From: Euglena gracilis
Taxonomy: Eukaryota
Assembly (NCBI GenBank): GCA_039621445.1
Contig: CP154954.1
Coordinates: 33,763,737 to 33,827,736, forward strand
Length of the DNA stretch: 64,000 nucleotides
Reading direction: 5' to 3'
Positions within the stretch are counted from its first letter, which is position 1, and every line of letters begins with the position of its first letter. A model generated the notes under the pieces. That model ran no database searches. It was not told where the DNA came from and worked only from the letters and a program-made list of their open reading frames with translations. This document shows positions 1-13,220 of the stretch, piece by piece. The position numbers and the translations under genes are program-made.

Positions 1-3000
1 GAACCGTTCGGCAACCAAAGGGATTGCCCCCCCAAAACGGGTGGGTAACACAAGCGATTTTGTTATTTTGGGGCCCTCGAACAGTTCGGCAACCAAAAGG
101 TTTTGCCCCCCCCAAAACGGGTGGGTAACACAAGGGATTTTGTTATTTTGGGGCCCTCGAACAGTTGGGCAACCAAAGGGATTTGCCCCCCAAAACGGGT
201 GGGTAACACAAGGGATTTTGTTATTTTGGGGCCCTCGAACCGTTCGCCAACCAAAGGGGTTTGTCCCCCAAAACGGGTGGGTAACACAAGGGATTTTGTT
301 GTTTTGGGGCCCTCGAACAGTTCGGCAACCAAAGGGATTTGCCCCCCCAAAACGGGTGGGTAACACAAGGGATTTTGTTGTTTTGGGGCCCTCGAACAGT
401 TCGGCAACCAAAGGGATTTGCCCCCCCCAAAACGGGTGGGTAACACAAGGGATTTTGTTGTTTTGGGGCCCTCGAACAGTTGGGCAACAAAAGGGATTTG
501 CCCCCCAAAACGGGTGGGTAACACAAGGGATTTTGTTGTTTTGGGGCCCTCGAACAGTTGGGCAACAAAACGGATTTGCCCCCCCAAAACGGGTGGGTAA
601 CACAAGGGATTTTGTTATTTTGGGGCCCTCGAACCGTTCGCCAACCAAAGGGGTTTGTCCCCCAAAACGGGTGGGTAACACAAGGGATTTTGTTGTTTTG
701 GGGCCGTTCAACAATTTGGCAGCAAAAAGGGTTTGACCCCCCAAAACGGGTGGGTAACACAAGGGATTTTGTTGTTTTGGGGCCCTCAAACAGTTGGGCA
801 ACAAAAGGGATTTGCCCCCCCAAAACGGGTGGGTAACACAAGGGATTTTGTTGTTTTGGGGCCCTCGAACAGTTGGGCAACCAAAGGGATTTGCCCCCCC
901 AAAACGGGTGGGTAACACAAGGGATTTTGTTATTTTGGGGCCCTCGAACAGTTGGGCAACAAAAGGGATTTGCCCCCCCCCCAAAACGGGTGGGTAACAC
1001 AAGGGATTTTGTTGTTTGGGGCCCTCGAACAGTTGGGCAACCAAAGGGATTTGCCCCCCAAAACGGGTGGGTAACACAAGGGATTTTGTTGTTTGGGGCC
1101 CTCGAACCGTTTCGCCAAACCAAAGGGGTTGTCCCGTCAAACGGTGGTAACACAAAAAGCAAAAAAATACGAAGGTAAAAAAAAAAAAAAACAAAAAGGG
1201 ATTTTGTTTTTTGGGGCCCTCGAACAGTTCGGCAACCAAAGGGATTTGCCCCCCCAAAACGGGTGGGTAACACAAGGGATTTTGTTTTTTTGGGGCCCTC
1301 GAACAGTTGGGCAACCAAAGGGATTTGCCCCCCCAAAACGGGTGGGTAACACAAGGGATTTTGTTATTTTGGGGCCCTCGAACAGTTGGGCAACAAAAGG
1401 GATTTGCCCCCCAAAACGGGTGGGTAACACAAGGGATTTTGTTATTTTGGGGCCCTCGAACAGTTGGGCAACCAAAGGGATTTGCCCCCCCAAAACGGGT
1501 GGGTAACACAAGGGATTTTGTTATTTTGGGGCCCTCGAACAGTTCGGCAACCAAAGGGATTTGCCCCCCAAAACGGGTGGGTAACACAAGGGATTTTGTT
1601 GTTTTGGGGCCCTCGAACAGTTGGGCAAACAAAGGGATTTGCCCCCCAAAACGGGTGGGTAACACAAGGGATTTTGTTGTTTTGGGGCCCTCGAACAGTT
1701 GGGCAACAAAACGGATTTGCCCCCCAAAACGGGTGGGTAACACAAGGGATTTTGTTATTTTGGGGCCCTCGAACGGTTGAGCAACAAAACGGAATTGCCC
1801 CCAAACCGGGTGGGTACCACAAGGAATTTTTTTTTTTTGGGGCCCTGGAACAGTTGGCAAACAAAACGGATTTGCCCCCCAAAACGGGTGGGTAACACAA
1901 GGGATTTTGTTATTTTGGGGCCCTCGAACAGTTCGGCAACAAAAGGGATTTGCCCCCCAAAACGGGTGGGTAACACAAGGGATTTTGTTGTTTTGGGGCC
2001 CTCGAACAGTTGGGCAACCAAAGGGATTTGCCCCCCCCCCCCAAAACGGGTGGGTAACACAAGGGATTTTGTTGTTTTGGGGCCCTCGAACAGTTGGGCA
2101 ACAAAACGGATTTGCCCCCCAAAACGGGTGGGTAACACAAGGGATTTTGTTATTTTGGGGCCCTCGAACAGTTGGGCAACCAAAGGGATTTGCCCCCCCC
2201 AAAACGGGTGGGTAACACAAGGGATTTTGTTGTTTTGGGGCCCTCGAACAGTTGGGCAACCAAAGGGATTTGCCCCCCCAAAACGGGTGGGTAACACAAG
2301 GGATTTTGTTGTTTTGGGGCCCTCGAACAGTTCGGCAACAAAACGGATTTGCCCCCCCAAAACGGGTGGGTAACACAAGGGATTTTGTTGTTTTGGGGCC
2401 CTCGAACAGTTCGGCAACCAAAGGGATTTGCCCCCCCAAAACGGGTGGGTAACACAAGGGATTTTGTTGTTTTGGGGCCCTCGAACAGTTGGGCAACAAA
2501 AGGGATTTGCCCCCCCAAAACGGGTGGGTAACACAAGGGATTTTGTTGTTTTGGGGCCCTCGAACAGTTCGGCAACAAAAGGGATTTGCCCCCCCCAAAA
2601 CGGGTGGGTAACACAAGGGATTTTGTTGTTTTGGGGCCGTCGAACAGTTGGGCAACAAAAGGGATTTGCCCCCCAAAACGGGTGGGTAACACAAGGGATT
2701 TTGTTGTTTTGGGGCCCTCGAACAGTTCGGCAACCAAAGGGATTTGCCCCCCCAAAACGGGTGGGTAACACAAGGGATTTTGTTATTTTGGGGCCCTCGA
2801 ACAGTTCGGCAACCAAAGGGTTTTGCCCCCCCCCCAAAACGGGTGGGTAACACAAGGGATTTTGTTATTTTGGGGCCCTCGAACCGTTGGGCAACAAAAG
2901 GGTTTTGCCCCCCCCCAAAACGGGTGGGTAACACAAGGGATTTTGTTGTTTTGGGGCCCTCGAACAGTTGGGCAACCAAAGGGATTTGCCCCCCCAAAAC

Positions 3001-6000
3001 GGGTGGGTAACACAAGGGATTTTGTTATTTTGGGGCCCTTGAACCGTTCGCCAACCAAAGGCATTTGCCCCCCAAAACGGGTGGGTAACACAAGGGATTT
3101 TGTTGTTTTGGGGCCCTCGAACAGTTGGGCAACCAAAGGGATTTGCCCCCCAAAACGGGTGGGTAACACAAGGGATTTTGTTGTTTTGGGGCCCTCGAAC
3201 AGTTGGGCAACAAAAGGGATTTGCCCCCCCAAAACGGGTGGGTAACACAAGGGATTTTGTTGTTTTGGGGCCCTTGAACAGGTTGGGAAAAAAAAGGATT
3301 TTGCCCCCCAAAACGGGTGGGTAACACAAGGGATTTTGTTGTTTTGGGGCCCTCGAACAGTTGGGCAACAAAACGGATTTGCCCCCCCAAAACGGGTGGG
3401 TAACACAAGGGATTTTGTTGATTTGGGGCCCTCGAACAGTTCGGCAACCAAAGGGATTTGCCCCCCCAAAACGGGTGGGTAACACAAGGGATTTTGTTGT
3501 TTTGGGGCCCTCGAACAGTTGGGCAACAAAAGGGATTTGCCCCCCCAAAACGGGTGGGTAACACAAGGGATTTTGTTGTTTTGGGGCCCTCGAACAGTTC
3601 GGCAACAAAAGGGTTTTGCCCCCCCAAAACGGGTGGGTAACACAAGGGATTTTGTTGTTTTGGGGCCCTCGAACAGTTGGGCAACAAAAGGGATTTGCCC
3701 CCCCAAAACGGGTGGGTAACACAAGGGATTTTGTTTTTTGGGGCCCCCGGACAGTTTGGGAAACAAAAGGATTTGCCCCCCCAAAACGGGTGGGTAACAC
3801 AAGGGATTTTGTTGTTTTGGGGCCCTCGAACAGTTCGGCAACCAAAGGGATTTGCCCCCCCAAAACGGGTGGGTAACACAAGGGATTTTGTTATTTTGGG
3901 GCCTTCGAACAGTTCGGCAACCAAAGGGTTTTGCCCCCCCAAAACGGGTGGGTAACACAAGGGATTTTGTTATTTTGGGGCCCTCGAACCGTTGGGCAAC
4001 AAAAGGGTTTTGCCCCCCCCAAAACGGGTGGGTAACACAAGGGATTTTGTTGTTTTGGGGCCCTCGAACAGTTGGGCAACAAAACGGATTTGCCCCCCCA
4101 AAACGGGTGGGTAACACAAGGGATTTTGTTGATTTGGGGCCCTCGAACAGTTGGGCAACCAAAGGGATTTGCCCCCCAAAACGGGTGGGTAACACAAGGG
4201 ATTTTGTTGTTTTGGGGCCCTCGAACAGTTCGGCAACCAAAGGGATTTGCCCCCCCAAAACGGGTGGGTAACACAAGGGATTTTGTTATTTTGGGGCCCT
4301 CGAACAGTTCGGCAACCAAAGGGTTTTGCCCCCCCCCCCAAAACGGGTGGGTAACACAAGGGATTTTGTTATTTTGGGGCCCTCGAACCGTTTGGCAACA
4401 AAAGGGATTTGCCCCCCCAAAACGGGTGGGTAACACAAGGGATTTTGTTATTTTGGGGCCCTTGAACCGTTCGCCAACCAAAGGGGTTTGTCCCCCAAAA
4501 CGGGTGGGTAACACAAGGGATTTTGTTGTTTTGGGGCCCTCGAACAGTTGGGCAACCAAAGGGATTTGCCCCCCAAAACGGGTGGGTAACACAAGGGATT
4601 TTGTTGTTTTGGGGCCCTCGAACAGTTCGGCAGCAAAAGGGATTTGCCCCCCCCAAAACGGGTGGGTAACACAAGGGATTTTGTTGTTTTGGGGCCCTCG
4701 AACAGTTGGGCAACAAAACGGATTTGCCCCCCAAAACGGGTGGGTAACACAAGGGATTTTGTTGTTTTGGGGCCCTCGAACAGTTGGGCAACAAAACGGA
4801 TTTGCCCCCCCAAAACGGGTGGGTAACACAAGGGATTTTGTTGATTTGGGGCCCTCGAACAGTTGGGCAACAAAACGGATTTGCCCCCCCAAAACGGGTG
4901 GGTAACACAAGGGATTTTGTTATTTTGGGGCCCTTGAACCGTTCGCCAACCAAAGGGGTTTGTCCCCCAAAACGGGTGGGTAACACAAGGGATTTTGTTG
5001 ATTTGGGGCCCTCGAACAGTTGGGCAACAAAACGGATTTGCCCCCCCAAAACGGGTGGGTAACACAAGGGATTTTGTTGTTTTGGGGCCCTCGAACAGTT
5101 GGGCAGCAAAAGGGTTTTGCCCCCCCCCAAAACGGGTGGGTAACACAAGGGATTTTGTTATTTTGGGGCCCTCGAACCGTTGGGCAACAAAAGGGATTTG
5201 CCCCCCCCCAAAACGGGTGGGTAACACAAGGGATTTTGTTATTTTGGGGCCCTCGAACAGTTGGGCAACAAAAGGGATTTGCCCCCCCCCCAAAACGGGT
5301 GGGTAACACAAGGGATTTTGTTGTTTTGGGGCCCTCGAACAGTTGGGCAGCAAAAGGGATTTGCCCCCCCAAAACGGGTGGGTAACACAAGGGATTTTGT
5401 TGTTTTGGGGCCCTCGAACCGTTCGCCAACCAAAGGGGTTTGTCCCTCAAAACGGGTGGGTAACACAAGGGATTTTGTTGTTTTGGGGCCCTCGAACAGT
5501 TGGGCAACCAAAGGGATTTGCCCCCCCAAAACGGGTGGGTAACACAAGGGATTTTGTTATTTTGGGGCCCTCGAACCGTTGGGCAGCAAAAGGGATTTGC
5601 CCCCCAAAACGGGTGGGTAACACAAGGGATTTTGTTAGTTTGGGGCCCTCGAACAGTTGGGCAACCAAAGGGATTGCCCCCCCAAAACGGGTGGGTAACA
5701 CAAGGGATTTTGTTGTTTTGGGGCCCTCGAACAGTTGGGCAACCAAAGGCATTTGCCCCCCCCAAAACGGGTGGGTAACACAAGGGATTTTGTTGTTTTG
5801 GGGCCCTCGAACAGTTGGGCAACCAAAGGGATTTGCCCCCCCAAAACGGGTGGGTAACACAAGGGATTTTGTTATTTTGGGGCCCTCGAACCGTTGGGCA
5901 GCAAAAGGGATTTGCCCCCCAAAACGGGTGGGTAACACAAGGGATTTTGTTATTTTGGGGCCCTCGAACAGTTGGGCAACCAAAGGGATTTGCCCCCCCA

Positions 6001-9000
6001 AAACGGGTGGGTAACACAAGGGATTTTGTTATTTTGGGGCCCATGAACCGTTCGCCAACCAAAGGCATTTGCCCCCCAAAACGGGTGGGTAACACAAGGG
6101 ATTTTGTTGTTTTGGGGCCCTCGAACAGTTGGGCAACCAAAGGGATTTGCCCCCCCCCAAAACGGGTGGGTAACACAAGGGATTTTGTTGTTTTGGGGCC
6201 CTCGAACAGTTGGGCAACAAAAGGGATTTGCCCCCCAAAACGGGTGGGTAACACAAGGGATTTTGTTGATTTGGGGCCCTCGAACTGTTGAGCAACAAAA
6301 CGGATTTGCCTCCCAAAACGGGTGGGTAACACAAAGGATTTTGTTGTTTTGGGGCCCTCGAACAGTTGGGCAACAAAACGGATTTGCCCCCCAAAACGGG
6401 TGGGTAACACAAGGGATTTTGTTGATTTGGGGCCCTCGAACAGTTCGGCAACAAAAGGGATTTGCCCCCCCAAAACGGGTGGGTAACACAAGGGATTTTG
6501 TTGTTTTGGGGCCCTCGAACAGTTGGGCAACCAAAGGGATTTGCCCCCCCCCCCCCAAAACGGGTGGGTAACACAAGGGATTTTGTTGTTTTGGGGCCCT
6601 CGAACAGTTGAGCAACAAAACGGATTTGCCCCCCCAAAACGGGTGGGTAACACAAGGGATTTTGTTATTTTGGGGCCCTCGAACAGTTGGGCAGCCAAAG
6701 GGATCTGCCCCCCCAAAACGGGTGGGTAACACAAGGGATTTTGTTGTTTTGGGGCCCTCGAACAGTTGGGCAACAAAAGGGATTTGCCCCCCAAAACGGG
6801 TGGGTAACACAAGGGATTTTGTTGTTTTGGGGCCCTCGAACAGTTCGGCAACAAAAGGGATTTGCCCCCCAAAACGGGTGGGTAACACAAGGGATTTTGT
6901 TGTTTTGGGGCCCTCGAACAGTTGGGCAACAAAAGGGATTTGCCCCCCCAAAACGGGTGGGTAACACAAGGGATTTTGTCAGTTTGGGGCCCTCGAACCG
7001 TTCGCCAACCAAAGGGGTTTGTCCCTCAAAACGGGTGGGTAACACAAGGGATTTTGTTGTTTTGGGGCCCTCGAACAGTTGGGCAACCAAAGGGATTTGC
7101 CCCCCAAAACGGGTGGGTAACACAAGGGATTTTGTTATTTTGGGGCCCTCGAACAGTTCGGCAGCAAAAGGGATTTGCCCCCCAAAACGGGTGGGTAACA
7201 CAAGGGATTTTGTTGTTTTGGGGCCCTCGAACAGTTCGGCAACCAAAGGGATTGCCCCCCCAAAACGGGTGGGTAACACAAGGGATTTTGTTGTTTTGGG
7301 GCCCTCGAACAGTTGGGCAACCAAAGGCATTTACCCCCCCAAAACGGGTGGGTAACACAAGGGATTTTGTTGTTTTGGGGCCCTCGAACAGTTGGGCAAC
7401 CAAAGGGATTTGCCCCCCCAAAACGGGTGGGTAACACAAGGGATTTTGTTATTTTGGGGCCCTCGAACCGTTGGGCAGCAAAAGGGATTTGCCCCCCAAA
7501 ACGGGTGGGTAACACAAGGGATTTTGTCATTTTGGGCCCTCGAACAGTTTGGCAACCAAAGGGATTTGCCCCCCCAAAACGGGTGGGTAACACAAGGGAT
7601 TTTGTTATTTTGGGGCCCTTGAACCGTTCGCCAACCAAAGGGTTTTGCCCCCCCAAAACGGGTGGGTAACACAAGGGATTTTGTTGTTTTGGGGCCCTCG
7701 AACAGTTGGGCAACCAAAGGGATTTGCCCCCCCAAAACGGGTGGGTAACACAAGGGATTTTGTTGTTTTGGGGCCCTCGAACAGTTGGGCAACAAAACGG
7801 ATTTGCCCCCCAAAACGGGTGGGTAACACAAGGGATTTTGTTGATTTGGGGCCCTCGAACTGTTGAGCAACAAAACGGATTTGCCCCCCAAAACGGGTGG
7901 GTAACACAAGGGATTTTGTTGTTTTGGGGCCCTCGAACAGTTGGGCAACAAAACGGATTTGCCCCCCAAAACGGGTGGGTAACACAAGGGATTTTGTTAT
8001 TTTGGGGCCCTCGAACAGTTGGGCAACAAAAGGGATTTGCCCCCCCAAAACGGGTGGGTAACACAAGGGATTTTGTTGTTTTGGGGCCTTCGAACAGTTC
8101 GGCAACCAAAGGGATTTGCCCTCCCCCCCCAAAACGAATGGGTAACACAAGGGATTTTGTTGTTTTGGGGCCCTCGAACAGTTGGGCAACAAAACGGATT
8201 TGCCCCCCAAAACGGGTGGGTAACACAAGGGATTTTGTTGTTTTGGGGCCCTCGAACAGTTGGGCAACCAAAGGGATTTGCCCCCCCCAAAACGGGTGGG
8301 TAACACAAGGGATTTTGTTGTTTTGGGGCCCTCGAACAGTTGGGCAACAAAAGGGATTTGCCCCCCAAAACGGGTGGGTAACACAAGGGATTTTGTCAGT
8401 TTGGGGCCCTCGAACCGTTCGCCAACCAAAGGGGTTTGTCCCTCAAAACGGGTGGGTAACACAAGGGATTTTGTTGTTTTGGGGCCCTCGAACAGTTGGG
8501 CAACCAAAGGGATTTGCCCCCCAAAACGGGTGGGTAACACAAGGGATTTTGTTATTTTGGGGCCCTCGAGGGGGGGGGGGGGGGGGGGGGTAACACAAGG
8601 GATTTTGTTAGTTTGGGGCCCTCGAACAGTTGGGCAACCAAAGGGATTTGCCCCCCAAAACGGGTGGGTAACACTTTGTTTAGGTGTTTTTGTTTCTTGT
8701 TTGTTTTGTTGGGATTTTTTTTTTTTGTGTTGTTTTGGGGCCCTCGAACAGTTGGGCAACCAAAGGCATTTACCCCCCCAAAACGGGTGGGTAACACAAG
8801 GGATTTTGTTGTTTTGGGGCCCTCGAACAGTTGGGCAACCAAAGGGATTTGCCCCCCCAAAACGGGTGGGTAACACAAGGGATTTTGTTATTTTGGGGCC
8901 CTCGAACCGTTGGGCAGCAAAAGGGATTTGCCCCCCAAAACGGGTGGGTAACACAAGGGATTTTGTTATTTTGGGGCCCTCGAACAGTTGGGCAACCAAA

Positions 9001-10700
9001 GGGATTTGCCCCCCCAAAACGGGTGGGTAACACAAGGGATTTTGTTATTTTGGGGCCCATGAACCGTTCGCCAACCAAAGGCATTTGCCCCCCAAAACGG
9101 GTGGGTAACACAAGGGATTTTGTTGTTTTGGGGCCCTCGAACAGTTGGGCAACCAAAGGGATTTGCCCCCCCCCAAAACGGGTGGGTAACACAAGGGATT
9201 TTGTTGTTTTGGGGCCCTCGAACAGTTGGGCAACAAAACGGATTTGCCCCCCAAAACGGGTGGGTAACACAAGGGATTTTGTTGATTTGGGGCCCTCGAA
9301 CTGTTGAGCAACAAAACGGATTTGCCCCCCAAAACGGGTGGGTAACACAAGGGATTTTGTTGTTTTGGGGCCCTCGAACAGTTGGGCAACAAAACGGATT
9401 TGCCCCCCAAAACGGGTGGGTAACACAAGGGATTTTGTTATTTTGGGGCCCTCGAACAGTTGAGCAACAAAAGGGATTTGCCCCCCCAAAACGGGTGGGT
9501 AACACAAGGGATTTTGTTGTTTTGGGGCCCTCGAACAGTTGGGCAACCAAAGGGATTTGCCCCCCCCCCCCCAAAACGGGTGGGTAACACAAGGGATTTT
9601 GTTGTTTTGGGGCCCTCGAACAGTTGAGCAACAAAACGGATTTGCCCCCCCAAAACGGGTGGGTAACACAAGGGATTTTGTTATTTTGGGGCCCTCGAAC
9701 AGTTGGGCAGCCAAAGGGATCTGCCCCCCCAAAACGGGTGGGTAACACAAGGGATTTTGTTGTTTTGGGGCCGTCGAACAGTTGGGCAACAAAAGGGATT
9801 TGCCCCCCAAAACGGGTGGGTAACACAAGGGATTTTGTTGTTTTGGGGCCCTCGAACAGTTGGGCAACAAAACGGATTTGCCCCCCAAAACGAATGGGTA
9901 ACACAAGGGATTTTGTTGTTTTGGGGCCCTCGAACAGTTGAGCAACAAAACGGATTTGCCCCCCCAAAACGGGTGGGTAACACAAGGGATTTTGTTGTTT
10001 TGGGGCCCTCGAACAGTTCGGCAACAAAAGGGATTTGCCCCCCCAAAACGGGTGGGTAACACAAGGGATTTTGTTGTTTTGGGGCCCTCGAACAGTTCGG
10101 CAACAAAAGGGATTTGCCCCCCCCAAAACGGGTGGGTAACACAAGGGATTTTGTTGTTTTGGGGCCCTCGAACAGTTGGGCAACAAAAGGGATTTGCCCC
10201 CCAAAACGGGTGGGTAACACAAGGGATTTTGTTGTTTTGGGGCCCTCGAACAGTTGGGCAACAAAACGGATTTGCCCCCCAAAACGAATGGGTAACACAA
10301 GGGATTTTGTTGTTTTGGGGCCCTCGAACAGTTGAGCAACAAAACGGATTTGCCCCCCCAAAACGGGTGGGTAACACAAGGGATTTTGTTGTTTTGGGGC
10401 CCTCGAACAGTTCGGCAACCAAAGGGATCTGCCCCCCCAAAACGGGTGGGTAACACAAGGGATTTTGTTGTTTTGGGGCCCTCGAACAGTTGGGCAACCA
10501 AAGGGATTTGCCCCCCCCCAAAACGGGTGGGTAACACAAGGGATTTTGTTGTTTTGGGGCCGTCGAACAGTTGGGCAACCAAAGGGTTTTGCCCCCCCAA
10601 AACGGGTGGGTAACACAAGGGATTTTGTTGTTTTGGGGCCTTCGAACAGTTCGGCAACCAAAGGGATTTGCCCCCCCAAAACGGGTGGGTAACACAAGGG
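1..10700. repeat. Tandem satellite, ~78-80 bp monomer (~135 copies), running off the left edge
   Basis: Monomer GAACAGTTGGGCAACCAAAGGGATTTGCCCCCCCAAAACGGGTGGGTAACACAAGGGATTTTGTTGTTTTGGGGCCCTC repeats head-to-tail. Length varies mainly in the C run. There are no unique spacers. Confidence 0.98.
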
Positions 10701-11950
10701 ATTTGTGTTTTGGGGCCCTAGAACGGGTAGTTTGAGCAAACAAAACATGGCATCTGCCCCCAAAACGGGTTGCCAACGGGATTTTGTATTTTGGGCCTCG
10801 TTGTTTTGGGCCGGTCCCACAAAAGGGACAACACGGGATGTTTGGCACAAGGGATTGTTGTTTTGGGGCAACTCAAAACGGGGCCAACAAAAGGGAATTT
10901 GCCCCCCCAAAACGGTGGCGGTAACAAGGGTCATTTTGTTGTTAGGGGCCGTCGAAATATTTGCACCTGACAAAAAACGGGATTGCCCCCCCACGGGTAT
11001 GGTAACACAAGGGTTTTCTTGTTTTTCCCTCGAACCAGTTGAAGCAAACCGAACGGGTGGGTAACACCAAGGGATTTTGTTTTGTTTGGGGCCCACCAGC
11101 TTCGGCAACCAGTCAAAGGGAATTCACTTGCCCCCAATAAGGGTTGTGAGGGGCACATGCACCAGATTTTGTTGTTTTGCCATGCCTGGCACCAAAGTCG
11201 TCCCCGTTCCTCCCTCGACGGCAACAAAACGGATTGCCCCCCGGGGGAATAAACGGGTGCCGTAAAGCTGGGTGTTGTTGAACCGGGATTTGGATGCGGG
11301 TCTGTGGGTGCTAGACGTCCAAGGTGGAGAGTGGCTGCAGCAGCGGAACCCGGCTGGCAGGCCAGCGGCATGCTAAACCTTGTTGATCCCATAAATCGGT
11401 TGCCGGTGGAACGTTCTGCCTACTTCGAACGTGGCTGCACCCCACCTTTCAAAGATCCTCTTGTTTGTGGGACCCTACCATGTCCCAGAAAACGCCACCA
11501 TAATACACTGTGTCCCAGGAGGAGACGGTGTGGCCATTTGTGTTTTGGCCCATCAGTTGAGGCAACAAAGGGTGCACCCCCCAAAAAATGGCGAGGGGGT
11601 TGCCAGGTTTTTGGGAACCAACTTTTGCCAACTTGTCCCCCCAAAAACGCCAGGATTTTGTTGTTTTGGGGGCCCGAACAGTTTTTCAGCAACCAAAGAT
11701 TTTTGCCCAGGCCCGCCAAGTGGGTACTGGTAACACAATGCTTTTGTTTTGGGGCCCCTCCCCCACGCCAAGATTCGGCAACGGGCGAGGCCCCAAAAGG
11801 GGGTGGGTTATGGTGGTAGGGACGGGGAAACGAAAGAAAAAAAGGAGGGCCAAAGGGAGAAGGGGGCCAACGTTGGAAAAGAAGGGAGGGGGGTTAACCA
11901 AAGTGGGCAACGACCCGCCCCGGGTGGGGACCGAAACGGGAAGGAAAAGA
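10701..11950. repeat. Degenerate edge of the 79-bp satellite (diverged monomers or low-quality consensus)
   Basis: Fragments such as GGTAACACAAGGG, GATTTTGTTGTTTTGGGG and CCCCCAAAA persist amid many indels. Confidence 0.8.
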
Positions 11951-12049
11951 AGGTGACCCTGAAAGGGCGGCGCAATTTTTGACCACGGAGGGGCCTTGGG
12001 CCAGGTTATTTGGGGTGGGGTTAGCTTTTGGAGTGCCACTGAAGCCACT

Positions 12050-13220
12050 TTTTACTCCTCCATTGGTGGTTCATTTGCTTTGCGCGCATCACGTTGCTTG
12101 TGGGCACAAATGCGCAAATGAACCACATCTGCTGCTGGCGTTTCACCCTTTTCTGCAAATTTGTGTTTTTGCAAACCGTTTTTTAAAAACACAAACACCA
12201 GGTTTGGGCATAAACACCCCGAGGGGGAGTGCCGGAGGTCCGTTTTCTTTGGGTTTATGTGCGCATTTGCGTCCACCAATACAAATTTTTTTCGTGGGCG
12301 CAAATGCGCGCATAAACATAGTTTTGTTTGTGCGCGCATTTTGCGCCCATAAGCTAACGCCGTCGACAAACGGTGAGACAAAACCCACCAAATTATGTTT
12401 ATCGATGGCACGCTGGTTCGCACCGTCACGGCCTCTTTGTCACGCCGTTTACCGACGGCATCAGTTCATGGGTGTTGAAGACCAACCCTTGAAAGACAGA
12501 ATTATGGTTCTTTACGCAAATTCGCACACCAACATAAATATGTTGGTGCGCAATTGCGCAAATAAACACAAATTTGTTCTTTAAGGGTTCGGCTTCTTTC
12601 TTCTGCCGGGTTCTTTGCCACAAAAACTGGTTGTGCAGATCCCGGGGTAAATAGGGTGGGGACTTCATTCCCTGAGGTCCCTATTTCTTCCCCCCTGCGC
12701 ATTCCTTGCCAAACACCCCACACTTATCTTCCTTTCCCTGCGTCCTTCCCGCCGGCTTGGCCACACCGCACCCTCACCCCCCCAGCACTTCCTCCCCGCG
12801 CTTAACAAACAACCCAAAAAACACCACACCAAGGCGCCACAAGCGAAGCAGTCCGGCAAACACCCAGGACACACACCGCCGGCAATCCAGGCCCACCCAG
12901 GAAAACAGCCGACAAGAGCAACAAAAGGGCAGCAAAGTCCCGTTCCTTTGCCGCTTTTTTGCCATTTTTTTCTCCCTTGGACGGGAAAGTCCCGGGGGTT
13001 TCGACACGCGGAGGCATTTCCGGACCCACCAAAAACACCCATTTTTTGGCCAAAGCCCCAGGGGTCTCACAGCCAAAAAACAGAATTTAGCTCATTTTTT
13101 TTGCACTCTCTTGTCACCGTGTTTTTCAAACACACCCCGGAAGCCATACAGCCGAAGTGAAGAAATCCGGGATTTGCGCAAATGTGCAAATAAACATAAA
13201 AAAGCTTAAATGCGAAATCC
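12050..13220. repeat. Interspersed repeat rich in TGCGCAAAT motifs; related copy at ~59750-60950
   Basis: TTTGCGCAAATGTGCAAATAAACATAAAAAAGCTTAAATGCGAAATC at ~13173 resembles TTTGCGAAAATGCGCAAATAGACCAAAAAATAGCTTAAATGTGCAATC at ~60897. Boundaries are approximate. Confidence 0.55.

Noticed and set aside
1-10700. CRISPR array
   Set aside because: There are no unique spacers and no cas genes, and the context is eukaryotic.
1-11100. Long ORFs (up to ~690 aa) on both strands
   Set aside because: They are translations of the 79-bp satellite; frame switches track C-run length and overlapping ORFs occur on both strands.
10700-11950. Novel unique sequence or ORFs at the satellite edge
   Set aside because: It retains satellite fragments and looks like decay or noisy consensus.
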